Position numbers and translations under genes: made by a program. Shown here piece after piece: positions 23,677 through 36,890 of a stretch of 64,000 nt of DNA. Numbering within the stretch: position 1 is the stretch's first letter; the number at the start of each line of letters is the position of its first letter. The notes beneath the pieces are model-generated. The model searched no databases. It worked only from the letters and a program-made list of their open reading frames with translations, and was not told where the DNA came from. The stretch is from Octopus sinensis. Its lineage: Eukaryota. The stretch covers positions 50,096,001 through 50,160,000 of the forward strand of contig NC_043007.1 in the NCBI RefSeq assembly GCF_006345805.1, read 5' to 3'.

Positions 23677-24006
23677 ATTCCCCCCAACCTGCCGGAGACG
23701 GAACAGTTGTCTCCCATGTCTACAATAATAACGATAAGCAATTACATCCCTTTAGATTTTTATAATTGTTGAATCGTTCATTCATTAACAAAAAAATTCT
23801 TCTTAAGAAAATATGTTTTTAAATAAATTTTAATGTCACGAATAGCAAAAGGGAAACCGGTCAACAAACACAATACAAGATATATTAAAAATCATATGAA
23901 AACTATGTGTGTGCATTTTCCTTCTTTAATTTCTGATATATATTACAATTCACCACGTGGGGATAATCGAAATTCTTCCCTTTTTATTAGTATACACACA
24001 CACACG

Positions 24007-24037
<31 letters not shown>

Positions 24038-24390
24038 ATTTGCGCGAAGCATGATGATGCTTGAAATGCATTCATCTGCTAAAAATATGAGCTAAAGTCT
24101 TAAATTAATCTACTGTACAGCACCAAGATAACTGAGGAAAGACGTATGCAGGGAAAACGGAAAGAATTTATACATTCAACTGAACAAAATAAAATATTAC
24201 ACATTTTAGGACATCCACATACCCGGGTTTCGGCTTTTGGATATTTAATCTTTGAGCCTCACCAGTGTGAACTACCCAAGTTCAACTGCTACTTTGTTGT
24301 GGTTACTCGCTTTACTATTTAGTATGCGTTACTACTCTATCTCTTCCTGAAATTTTATCGCTAGCTATTTTATTTATATATATATATTTG

Positions 24391-24435
<45 letters not shown>

Positions 24436-24570
24436 GCGTGTGTGCATGTGTATGTATATATACATATATACATAGATGCATATATATGTATGTGTACATA
24501 TGTATACATCTGTGTGTGTGTGTATGTGTGCATGTATGTATGTATGTATGTATGTATGTATGTATGTATG

Positions 24571-24601
<31 letters not shown>

Positions 24602-25584
24602 GTAAGTAACAGATACGTTGCTTGCTAGTGTATTTGTAAATGTGTTTTAACGATAAGAAAAAATATATGTAATTTAAATTTAATGAATATCCGTTAATTT
24701 GACAGCAATTTAGTTGAACATTTGCAAGAATATTTGAGATCGATTCACACAATTAATTTTCTGTTTATTTATATATTTTTCCTTTCACATGTCCCATTTC
24801 GAAGTGAAAATATATTAGTGTTAATAGTTATATACATAGTTTTACGCATCATTATATAGTGTGTGTTTAGTATGTTAGTATTTTACTATCAAATGAATTT
24901 AGCTGTTGACTTTAATCTAATCATCATCTCAAATATATCTGCAATAAGTGATAGACAACAGCTCATTTCATTTAGCAATTCTGTAATTTGCGAGCTGAAG
25001 AGATAACCTCTAAGTGTCTTTCTATCTGCTAGAAAAGCAATCACATTCCTCTCAAATTACACCCAACATTTTTCTGACATATTTTGGTCGGAGTTCAAAG
25101 GAGAGAGTCATCCCTTTTCTCGGGCCTTTCTCGACGTGGGAAGCACTCATCCATTGCCAGGAGTCATGGGTCAAATATTTGCAATAACGGGAATTCTGCT
25201 ATCGGCACCCAAGCACCGGGTAACTGAGTTAACCTGAGTAACGGATTAAGTAACCCAAAACAAAACAAAGAAACAAGAACGACCTCTCGTGCGAGTTTCT
25301 GCAAAGAATGTAGAATTATGTAGAAAGATGTAATTACCTTGATTTGGTTTGCTTGGCCAAAGGGGTCACCTACTGTGAGACCAACCTCTGGCCCATATAA
25401 TGTTCTAATGTTCTAACCTTGCATTCTATTGAAACCAGGCTGCCATCAGGAAAATAAGTATTGCGAGCATCAAACGTGACAACATCCTCTGTAGTTTCCT
25501 AGAAATAATATTATGTGTGGTCAGAGGGTAAAGATTCAGTAGGTTTCAGTGTTGGATCAATATTAAATAATATAAAGTCCTAGA

Positions 25585-25800
25585 AAGGCGGTGAGCTGGC
25601 AGAAACGTTACCACGCCGGGCGAAATGCTTAGCGGTATTTCGTCTGTCTTTACATTCTGAGTTCAAATTCCGCCGAGGTCGACTTTGCCTTTCATCATTT
25701 TGGGGTCGGTAAATTAAGTACCAGCTGCATACTGGTGTCGGTCTTATCGACTGGACCCTCCATCAAAATTTCGGGCCTTGTGCCTAGAATAGAAAAGAAT
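25585..25800 (+). mobile_element. SINE family M, full length
   Basis: tRNA-like head (gagctggcagaa..gagttcaaattcc) plus core gaggtcgactttgcctttcatc; at least 6 other copies in the window. Confidence 0.85.
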
Positions 25801-26179
25801 ATAAAGTCCTAGATCTGTGACTAATACACCGCTTTGATCTACGCTGCTAATTTGCTTATAATATGGTTTCATCTTCTTCAGATCATTTGCAGAAAATTTT
25901 CTTGATCCACTCCCCCACAAATTTTACACTATACAAGTCCGCTCGTACCAACATCAAAACCAATCGTTCAGTTCCTCTCCAGCGTAATTCTCTTTATATC
26001 TCTGTTTCACAGTCTACATTCTTTACACAAGCTTCACTCGGATAAATGTGTCTGCACTTAACTAGATCCCACTCACAGCACTACTAAGATTTCTTACTTG
26101 GATGTCATCAACACAAACTTCCAGTTACTGTAGGTCAAATTCACTTTGAATGTACAATTTCTTCAAACACTCTTCTTTC

Positions 26180-26328
26180 AGTTTTCCTCAGCTGAATCCA
26201 CTCACAAGGCTTTGGTCGGACCGAATTTATATTAGAAGAAACGTGCCCAAAATGAAATGCCATATGATTAAACGCGAAACTTTGTGGTGGGGAAGCAAAT
26301 TTTTAACCACACGGCCACATCTGCACTA
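26180..26328 (-). mobile_element. SINE family K, degraded 5' fragment
   Basis: aatccactcacaaggctttggtcgg match. Confidence 0.55.
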
Positions 26329-26729
26329 ACACACACACACACACACACACACAACACGCGCAAACACACATAAACACGCGCACATACACACACACACAAA
26401 CACGCGCGAATAAAATTTAATTATATTCAGTATTTGCAGCTGACGGTGCGCAATGACACTGAAATACATGTTTCTATGATCCGATGACGTCATTCATAGT
26501 CCAATGAATCTGAACGCATTTTCTCTATTAGGAGAATTTTCTCCTATATCTATTTCTGCAGAGGAATAACTTCCCACATTGAAGTGTACAAGAATGTGTT
26601 GAATATGGCTCTACATTATTATATTACATTAAACGCTGCTGCGTGCGGCTGTACCTTGGTATGCATATTTACACGTACAAATGTAGGTATATATTTATAC
26701 ACATACGTATACACACACACACACACACG

Positions 26730-26760
<31 letters not shown>

Positions 26761-26818
26761 GCATATATAATTTCATATATATAAGTATACATATATATAT
26801 TGCATATATTCATATTAC

Positions 26819-26865
<47 letters not shown>

Positions 26866-27131
26866 TATATATTCACTAATATACTTATACATTGCTGATC
26901 AACATAACTGCTAGACTATCCAATCATCGGCACACTATTGCTTACTTGGATGGACTGTTTAACTTAGCTGCTAAAACATAACCATATGGCTGTCATCAAG
27001 AAACCACAAGGATTTAAACCGTATATATCTCTATGTAAGTATATGTGTATGTATGTATGTACGTACGTATGTATGTATCTGTATGTGTATGTAACTAGGA
27101 ATATATAAATATGTGTGTATGTATGTGTGTA

Positions 27132-27164
<33 letters not shown>

Positions 27165-27292
27165 GTCTGAATATGTACAGGCAGACAGACAGATATACAT
27201 GCATAAATGCACATGAATTATACGTAAATATACACACGCATATATGTGTGTGGTGTATATATATATATATATTATATATATTTATATATGCA

Positions 27293-27361
<69 letters not shown>

Positions 27362-27471
27362 CACGAATACATAGACACATACACGTATATGTGTATCAGT
27401 AAAAGATAAAAACATTATTATTCGAAGGATGTGCATCAGTATATATAATGCTTGTATATATATATATATAT

Positions 27472-27506
<35 letters not shown>

Positions 27507-28226
27507 GTATGTTGTATGTATATGTATATATATATATATATATATATACACGCATAAAGGTGTATGTATGCGTGTGCGCGTATCTGTGTGCAGGTCGGTA
27601 TGTGAAGCCATAGTTTTCCGTTATTTCCTTTTTTCTCCTTCCTTCTTTTATTGAAAACATTGATGCAAAAGCCATCATCACGGTTTCCTATCAACTATTT
27701 TTCCTGTGGGATAACGGCCTAATATTTAATATTTTTCCTTACATTCCCTCCCACGTTTTTCCGTCAAGTTTGAAGGAGAAGAGAAATAACTAAATAAACG
27801 AGAGGGAAAGAGAGGGGGAGAGGTAGGCAGAGTGGAAGAGAAAGTAATAGGGAAGCGGAGAGAGAAAGTTTGAGAGAAAGAAAGAGAGAAAGAAAATACT
27901 TTTGAAGTTGAATTCCTGATTCAAAATATCTGAACATCTTGAAATTCCATCAAATGCTGCAGACTGGTTTGCGATCTTAATTTTCATATTTTGACAGACT
28001 GCATCAAGAAAAAATAAAAAATGTAAAATAAAAAAAGACGGCAAAATCAAAATAAATAATAAAGAGAAAAGAAAATACAGAAAGAAGTAAAAGGAGAAAA
28101 AAAGGCATAAAGAACAGCAACAACGGCAGTAACAACAAAAATGGAGGCAAACACCAGTGCTATCATAGATGCATACATAAACACATACAAACGGACTTGT
28201 ATAGTGTAAAATTTATACATACATAC

Positions 28227-28263
<37 letters not shown>

Positions 28264-28264
28264 A

Positions 28265-28580
28265 TCTTTTACTTGTTTCAGTCATTTGACTGCGGCCATA
28301 CTGTAGCACCGCCTTTAGTCGAGCAAATCCGTGACGGCGACGTAAACACACCAGCATCGGTTGTCAAGCAATGCTTGGGGAACAAACACAGATACACAAA
28401 CATACACGCACACGCATATATACATATATACGACGGGCTTCTTTCAGTTTCCGTCTGCCAAATCCACTCACAAGGCTTTGGTCGGCCCGGGGCTATAGTC
28501 GAAGACACTTGCCCAACATGCCACGCAGTGGGACTGAACCCGGAACCATGTGGTTGATAAGTAAGCTACTTACCACGTGT
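28265..28580 (-). mobile_element. SINE family K with internal deletion
   Basis: Highly similar to 47577-47970 but lacks the accccaggac..ccgctaag segment. Confidence 0.85.
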
Positions 28581-28604
28581 GTGTGTGAGTGAGTACATAC
28601 ATAT

Positions 28605-28915
28605 ATCGAAGCACTCCGTCGGTTACGACGACGATGGTTCCGGTTGATCCGAATCAACAGAACAGCCTGCTCGTGATATTAACGTGTAAGTAGCTGAGCA
28701 CTCCACAGACACGTGTACCCTTAACGTAGTTCTCGTGGATATTCAGCGTGACACAGAGAGTGACAAGGCCGGCCCTTTGAAATACAGGTACAACAGAAAC
28801 AGGAAGTAAGAGTGAGAGAAAGTTGTGGTGAAAGAGTACAGCAGGGATCACCACCATCCCCTGCCGGAGCCTCGTGGAGCTTTAGGTGTTTTCGCTCAAT
28901 AACACTCACAACGCA
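28605..28915 (-). mobile_element. SINE sharing the family R core but with a different 3' tail
   Basis: 28800-28915 matches 8200-8310; 28605-28800 is unrelated to the 8310-8447 tail. Confidence 0.7.
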
Positions 28916-29922
28916 CTCACATATATACATCTATATACACACACACACAGACATGCACATACTACACACATATGAATGTTCATACATTAATACAGGGATA
29001 TCTGCGTGCTCCGTCACTAAACTACACCTATCAGTTTCATCACAACATGTCGCTTCCTGTAATAGTTCTTATTGAAACTATTCATATAATTCTACCTTAA
29101 AAAAGTAGAAGCAAAAAATGTTTCGATTTGTTTAATATATGCATATGACTGTGGGAATGTGTGAATCTGGGCACGTGTGTATGTATACGTATGTTTCTAT
29201 AGAGGCATATATACATGCACATATATGCACGCTGTTACATAACATGTGATTATATATACACACACACACATACATACATATGTATATGTATCGATAATAC
29301 AAGTATAAAAAGTAAAGACAACCAAACAACTGGTGTCGGACCAGCTTGTAGCATTTAGATGGGGAGAAACGAACACTTTTTGGAGTTTAAATCGATTCAG
29401 GAATGTCCATAATGGCTGGAAATATATATGTACGAAATATTGATTAATATGTAAGAAATATGGATTAATATTTATAACACCAAATGTGAAAATATTTCTG
29501 CAAATTTGTGCATTTCTCTCAGTATATAAAAACACAGAAAATGTTTAGCTACTACGATTTTAAATCTATTTTCTGAACAATAACAGACATCACTATATAT
29601 TATACATCAATAAATAATAAACTAATAAGTAATTTATTATGCTATCCCTAACAATATTAAAAAGTATACATGTCATTGCCATTTACCATCTTTATGCCTG
29701 GTTAAAGGCAAATCTAAGAAATATGATCTTAATCCAAGTGATACTGATTACATCGTTTTAACTGCCAACCCATTCAAAGTTAGAAATTATAAAGAAAATT
29801 ATACCTTCTGAAATAATCAGAATAAAGAAAGAATTCTGTGTTAGGACCTTTTATTACTGAATGATAAAATTTAGAAAAGGGATATACATATAGATACATA
29901 TGCATGCATACATACACATATA

Positions 29923-29971
<49 letters not shown>

Positions 29972-31243
29972 ATATAATACATATATATATATACATACAC
30001 TTATATATATATATATTATATATTATATATATATCAAATATACACATTAAAAACAGGACATCACCAACGTGTGAAAAAATACTCAAACTCATAACGAGAG
30101 ACAAGTCCGGGACAAAATGCCAAAAGAAGACTAATCTCATCTCAGTTGTCGACTGTTTATTATTCTCTATTTGATGCTTTCAATGGCAAGATAAGAAGAC
30201 TTCATAAGAGAGCAGCATCCAGAAACTTTTTAAATATAAAATTTATGGAGAGTTAGGGCTTCGAATAAAATACAACAGCAGAGTGGATGTACAGAGTAAG
30301 CAATTCGACACTTATATATATTTATATATAAAAGTAAACAATCCACAGACACGCCGCGCGCGCACATGTATACATAAGGAATGTAGTGTTGAGTAGTGAC
30401 AAAAGTAGTGTAATATGTCTGAGTCATGAATCCGCTGGTATTACTGGAAAGCTATAGAAATATAAAATTGTATTCTGAATATATGATTCAATTATCAAAA
30501 TAAAGAGTGGTAATTTCATTAATTAATAATAATATTCTGTAATAATACGTTCAGGAATAACTGATAAAAATTACTTGGCTCTGGAAAATTACTAGTTGAA
30601 ATACATAGGATTTGCAATTGTTTTCTGCTTGAATAAACACACACAAACACACACACATACACACAAACACAAACAAACACACGCAAACACAGACACACAC
30701 ACACATACACACGACAGAAATTTAGGAAAGGTGAAGATTTGCAGCAGTGATAAGTTTCCAGAGATTTATGCTCACAAGTTGAGATTGTTTCATCATATTT
30801 ATTTAATATAGTGTACTTAGCAAATAAGCTAGCTAAATTTCCCATCGTTCATAGTAAGTTCGGGGGTCATTGTTACCCTCCTAATATTTTTAAGCCGCTA
30901 AACTTATTTGAATTTTAGAAACTTCTAGTAATTTTCCAACAGCATATATAATTATAAAACGTGGGTATATTCTCATTATTATTTTTTATCTTTAATAGTT
31001 CTTTTAACATTATTTTGATGTTTCTGAAGATTCCTTTGAAAACTTAATCAACTTGTATCAACTTTCTGCCAATATTCATCTCCATAGTATTCTAGAGGTC
31101 AGCGCTGCCTTTCGCATACTCAGAATCGATCAATTGAAATACCAATCAAGCACGGGTCGATGTAATCAGTTCGCCTCCACCCCACTTCAAAATTGCTGGC
31201 ATAGTAAAAAAATTAGAAGAAAATTCTTCTTCTTATTATTATT

Positions 31244-31695
31244 GAGGTGGTTAACTGACAGAATCGTTAGCACGCCGAGCAAAAATTCTTGGGAGAATTC
31301 GTCCGTCTTTAAGTTTTGAGTTCAAATACCGCCGAGATTGACTTTGACTTTCATCCTTTCGGGGTCAATAAAATAAATACTTGTTGAGCACTGGGTTCGA
31401 GGTAATCGACTTACCCTCTCCGCCGAAATTACCGGTCCTGTGACAAAATATGAAACCATTATTACTAAGGTAGCGAGTTGGCAGGAGCGCTAACACCTCC
31501 GACAAAATGCTTGGCGGAAATACTTCCACTGTTTACGTATTCAGTTCATACACGCCAAGATCAACCTTACCTGTCATTCTTTTGACGTTGGGCTTCGACA
31601 AACTAAAGTGCCAGTCAAGTACTCGTTTGATGCGATCGACTAAACTATCACCCTTAAAAGTTGTTGGCCTTGCACAAAAATTAGACGGAATTATC
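31244..31695 (+). mobile_element. Two tandem SINE family M copies (31244-31462 and 31465-31695)
   Basis: Both match 25585-25800; a further inverted remnant lies at ~31095-31205. Confidence 0.75.
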
Positions 31696-32066
31696 GTTCT
31701 TATAATCAGTAGTCAATATTTTAAGAACACAAGGTGGTATCCCAATATCTTTATGGAACTTCTTTTGTGTATTTCGTATCTATTTTGTTTTTCGTAATTG
31801 ACATTACACGTAAAATATAGGTAATATGAAGCTGGCGATTTCTTTATAAAAATTAAATTGCGCTCTTACAGGATTACCTAAGATTAAACATTGTAAGATC
31901 CTTGTAATGTATACGCTAAAAAGGAAGTAAATATGTATATTCAATGAATTTTCTTCGATTTAAAATTTCTTCAATTTAAAATTCAAACATCTAATGTCAT
32001 CAATTATCTAGAAATGATAGTCTCCTCTAGATAATCTGGCTATCAGAAGACTCAAGATGTTTGAAA

Positions 32067-32281
32067 TATTGGTTTCAAATTTTGGCACAAAACAAATAAA
32101 TTCGAGGGAGACGCTAAACCGATTAAATCGACACCAGTGTTCAAAGGGTATTTATTTTATCAACCTCGAAAGGATGAGACGCAAAGTCGACGTCGGCGGA
32201 ATTTTGCACGAAGAACCTAAAGACGAACCTAAAGACGTACAAAATGTCGGGTTGCTAACGATTCGGCTAGTTCACCGCCTT
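32067..32281 (-). mobile_element. SINE family M
   Basis: Reverse-complement similarity to 25585-25800. Confidence 0.7.
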
Positions 32282-32599
32282 AGATATTTGAAATATTATT
32301 AGTGAAATGACAACATGCTTACCTACTCTAATGTAACTGTAAAACTATTGTATTCTTTAAAGCCAATTCTGCTAATGCGTTCTTTGCAAACACATACGGG
32401 AGTTGCCAAAGTAGGACGTGTGAACATATTTCAGGTATTAATAGATACTAAAACACTGTATATTCAGATTAAATATATACATTTCACTATTGATGATATC
32501 GAAGTTATATTCTCGTAGATTTTTACTCCAATCATTCTTTTATTTCAATAATCGTAATATTGTATGTATGTGTGTATATACCTCTCTGTATGTGCGCGT

Positions 32600-34282
32600 A
32601 TATGAGACAGCAAAACCAGAAAACTACAGACCTATAACCTGTCTCCCTACAATGTACAAATCATTTACTGCAGTAATATCACAGATTAAACAACCACCTG
32701 GATGAAAACAACCTGTTTCCAGAAGAGCAGAAAGGATGCCGCAAAGGCTTATATGTCTGTAAAGATCAGCTAATGATCAATAAAGCCATAACTGAAGACA
32801 ACCACAGAAAGAAGAAAGACCACAGTATGGCCTGGATCGACTACAGAAAGGTGTTTGATAGCATCCCCCACACATGGATCCCCGAAACACTAGCCATTAA
32901 CAAAGTAGCACTAACAATTAGAAAATACATAGGACACTCTATGAATAAATGGCAGACAGTGCTACAGCTCCAAACAAAAGTGGGACTCGTGAAAACCAAA
33001 GCCATCCCCATTAGAAGAGGAATATTCCAGGGAGACACGCTCACTCCACTGCTTTTCTGCTTGGCACTGTCACCTCTATCTGATATGCTAAATAGAACTG
33101 GATGCGGATATAAATGTTACGGCAAAACGATCAGCCACCTTTTATACATAGATGACCTAAAACTATACGCTACGAATGACAAACAGCTGGAAATACTACT
33201 AAAGACAGTTCATGGATTCACCAAAGAAATAGATATGAAATCTGGATTAGAAAAATGCGCCAAAGTAACCCTGAAAAGAGGAAAACTAGTTAAGAGTAGC
33301 AACATCACACTAGATAAAACCAATGAAATAAGAGAATTAGACCAAAGCCAAACTTACAAATGCTTAGGAATCCATGAACTAGATAAGACACAACACACAA
33401 ATGAAAGAGGAAATAAAAAAAGAATATTATAGACGAGTTAGATCAATACTAAAAACAGAGCTCAATGCTAAAAACAAGATAATATGTATTAACACTTTAG
33501 CCGTCCCAGTTATAAGTTACAGTTACAATATAGAAGGTGGTAGACGCCTTATACAGTTGGAAAACAACTATAAAATAACCACCATAGGACTGCAAAAATA
33601 TCTACTTCAGAAGGAAAGAAAACTGATACAAATAGCGGCAAAACACGAGCAAAACGAAAAACTGTTCTCAATATTTAAGGAAGCTGACAAATGCAAGCAA
33701 GAATTCATACCACCTAACAAATATGAAGAAGAAGAAGAAGAAGAAGAAGAAGAAGAAAAGAAGAAGAAGAAGAAGAAGAAGAAGAAGAAGAAGAAGAAGA
33801 AGAAGAAGAAGAAGAAGAAGAAGAAGAAGAAGAAGAAGAAGAAGAAGAAGAAGAAGAAACAACAAAAGCTATAAAACAAATGAAATCCAAACTAAAACTA
33901 GAACAGCAACGGACCATGATAAGACGATAGCAAGAAAAGCCCCTTCATGGCAAATACTGGACTAAACTAAATGCAAAAGAAATAGACAAAGAAAAATCCC
34001 AGCAATGGTTGAGAAGCTCAAGACTAAAAGTAGAGACAGAGGGATTTTTAATTGCAACACAATAGCAAAGCCTCTCCACCAGAAATTACCAAAAACATGT
34101 AATGAAAAGAAATATAACAAGTAACTGCGGAATATGTGGAGATGGACAAGAAACAATATATCATATCATCTCTGGCTGCCCAGTCCTGGTTAAGAAGGAA
34201 TATATTCACAGACACGACAGAGTTGGGACCTACATACTCTGGAAGCTATGCCAACATTATGGAATAACAACAGAAAAAAAAA
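32600..34282 (+). mobile_element. R4-clade LINE fragment: RT plus CCHC zinc finger, frameshifted
   Basis: NYRPITCLPT..EEQKGC..WIDYRKVFDSIPH..RGIFQGDTLTPLLF..HLLYIDDLKLY..CGICGDGQETIYHIISGC..RHDRV. Confidence 0.9.
33725..33858. repeat. (GAA)44 expansion with a 2-nt interruption inside the R4 coding region
   Basis: 11 units + aa + 33 units, counted by eye. Confidence 0.95.
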
Positions 34283-34865
34283 TTTGACCAACCAGGGCAA
34301 ATAATATACTGGATCTCTGTTTCACAAACAATATGGATATTATCCATAATGTTAAAGTGATGCCGACAATGATCTCAGATAACGACATAATAGAGCTGTC
34401 TATGTATGGACCAAAAGCCCCCGCGGACACATCCTATACGAAGCATCCACAATATCTCCAAATTAAACTTTCATAAGGCAAATTGGAAGTTGATTGAGAA
34501 AGACTTCCTCAGACAGGATTGGCCTGAATGTCTCTCCACACCAGATATTGATATGAAACACAAACGTTTCATGTCTATAATACAAGCTATATGTAAAAAA
34601 TATGTCCCAGTGTGCAGAGACAGCACACACAAAAACAAAAACAAGATCCCTAGAGAAAGGAAGATTCTTATGTGACGACGGACAAGGATTGCGAACCGCC
34701 TGAGCAAGCACACCAAAAGTGGTGAGAAGTCTCGGCTCGAGAGAATGCTAATGGAAATTGAGAAAAGTCTTCATCAGTTTCATGAAAAAGAAAGAGCAGA
34801 TAAAGAAGCTTGGGTAATAGAAAAATCAAGTCAAACCCTAAAGCTTTCTTTAAGTTTGGCTAAAA
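34283..34865 (+). mobile_element. CR1-like LINE fragment (end of AP endonuclease and pre-RT linker)
   Basis: PTRANNILDLCFTN..ISDNDII..NFHKANW..CKKYVP..SNPKAFFKF. Confidence 0.75.
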
Positions 34866-35654
34866 ATAGATTAGTTAGGTTTTTCGTAGACTGGGCTTTC
34901 ACATCGTTTTTGACGATGAGTTAACTAAAACTAACTTCTTAGATATTACTCTTAATTTACAAAATAACTCGTACTTCCCATACCACAAACCTTCCACAAA
35001 TCTCAAGTATATTAGTCCTTCCAGTAATCACGTTAGGGCAATTACTATGAATGTAGTTAAAAACATTTCAGTTAGATTGCCTAAACTTTCCGCCAAAGTT
35101 GACATTTTTAACAAGGCAGAATTTTATAACTCTGCTTTAGTTAAAGCTGGGTATAAAGAAAAAGTTACATACATTGATTCTGCTCAATCTCATCCTTTAT
35201 CTACTATTCAAGACAAGAAATCAAGTTGTAATAATAAGAGTGATTTTAATTCTAATATCGTACACAACACAAAACATAATAAAATTCCTTTACGGGGTAA
35301 GGGTAGGCAAGCGTTATTTAAGCCCATTTTTTCACTCTAGAGGTATTTCACCGTTCTTTAAAGATAATACCACTTACAATTTGAATGTTACTAGGAAAAC
35401 TGTCTGGTTTGTAATTCCATATGGAAAACAAATTAAATCTAATCTTCCTTTACAATTTCAGAGAAGTGGTTGGTAAGAACTTTCCAAAAAATTCTAGATA
35501 TTATTCAATTATTAATTCTCATATGGTTAGAGTTGCCTTCTCCAACACAAAGAATCTTTCACAACTTATATCTTCTCGTAATACCAGTCTGCTAAATAGA
35601 AGTTCATTTTCTGGGAGTCCCAACATTAATTTTGTTAATTCCAGCCCCTCATAT

Positions 35655-35764
35655 AATGATAATAATAATAATAATAATAATAATAGTAATAATAATAGTA
35701 ATAATAATAATAACACTAATACTAATAATATTAAGAGTATTAATAATAATGGTGGTAATAATAA

Positions 35765-35841
<77 letters not shown>

Positions 35842-35878
35842 GTAATAGTAGTAGTAGCAATAATAATAATAGCAATAA
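35655..35878. repeat. (AAT)n/(AGT)n compound microsatellite, in frame within the PLE ORF
   Basis: ORF 35421-36137 reads through it as poly-N/poly-S. Confidence 0.9.
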
Positions 35879-36578
35879 AAACATGGTTTTGGTCTCTGAG
35901 GACAAACCCAACAGAATTAAATTTATGTCTAATAATTCTAAGATCAAGAATTCTATATACCAATGTCAAATTTCTTGCGGTACCGATATCTACTTCTACA
36001 TTGGCGCATCCGCTTCCCAGTTATCTAAGAGAATTTCAAATCATTATTCTTCATTTAGGGATAGCAATAAACGTCATAGCACAGGGCTGAGTAATTTGGT
36101 TTGGTATCTTAAAGACACAATAAGGATTTTAAGTTAGATTGGTTCATCCTGTCCATATCTTTTCCTTATGATAGGGGCAAAAGATTTTGTAACATTTGTA
36201 ACTTTGAACACTTCCATATTCTCTTCTCTAAGAATCACTTTGTTAACACACTTATAGAGCGATCTTACAAATGTAAGCACTGGCAGAAACATACCTTTAG
36301 CTCATATAAGTGATTTTAGCAGTCTCTATATTTTGAACAGTTAGTTTAACTTGCACTTTACTTCAATAGAGAAATCTACTTCAAGCCTTTGAACATTTTT
36401 TCAACCAATATAACCTCTTTATTTGTTCTCTATCTATTATTTCCTTACCCCTTCTTTTTCTTGTATCTGCCTTTGACGTCGAATCTACTAACGGTTTTTT
36501 AAGATACTCAATAACGTTCTGTTTATCATTTATGCAGTCATCAAAATTGTAATAATGTCTTGTTGTTGAGATAGGCTC

Positions 36579-36672
36579 TCTTTCTTTCCTGATGAGAAGA
36601 TTGCATTTACACCGTTTATTCCTTTGGAATAAAACCAATGTTTTCTTCGAAACATATGTCGAAAGTAAAAGA
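36579..36672 (+). ncRNA. Type I hammerhead ribozyme motif in PLE 3' UTR
   Basis: CTTTC-CTGATGA(36589-36595)-GAAGA..TCTTC-GAAA-CATATG-TC-GAAAG; predicted cleavage after C36660. Confidence 0.85.
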
Positions 36673-36859
36673 ATTTGAAAAGCATCTGCGTGCAACTCCA
36701 TTTATTTAATTATACTACAAAAATGACTGCACATTAACACGGAGTTTCTACCTTTGAATAGGTCGCTACATCCGTGTTACTTGTGTGAATTTTGCTACTC
36801 TAGTAACTGTTTATTGAATTTTCCATGTTAACGGTAAACAAAGGATAATTCATTCATCC

Positions 36860-36890
<31 letters not shown>

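Larger units (their letters stand above)
22436..23940. repeat. Pair of ~270-bp diverged inverted copies (22436-22716 and 23677-23940), each ending at TA
   Basis: By-eye alignment is collinear along the arms (gaaattaaaga.ggaaaatgcacacac; ttgtgtttgt.gaccggtttc; aaaatctaaaggga.gtaattg; cggcagg). Confidence 0.75.
34868..36830 (+). mobile_element. Penelope-like element 3' half (RT thumb, GIY-YIG, 3' UTR with hammerhead)
   Basis: NFLDITLNL..PYHKP..SNH..KAGY..RKTVWFVIPY..NSIYQC..FYIGAS..KRISNH..STGLSNLVWYLK..CKH; last stop near 36311. Confidence 0.8.

Noticed and set aside
25330-25375. 32-nt minus-strand micro-exon (GDPFGQANQIK) with AAG|GTAATT donor
   Set aside because: Weak acceptor and no supporting exons
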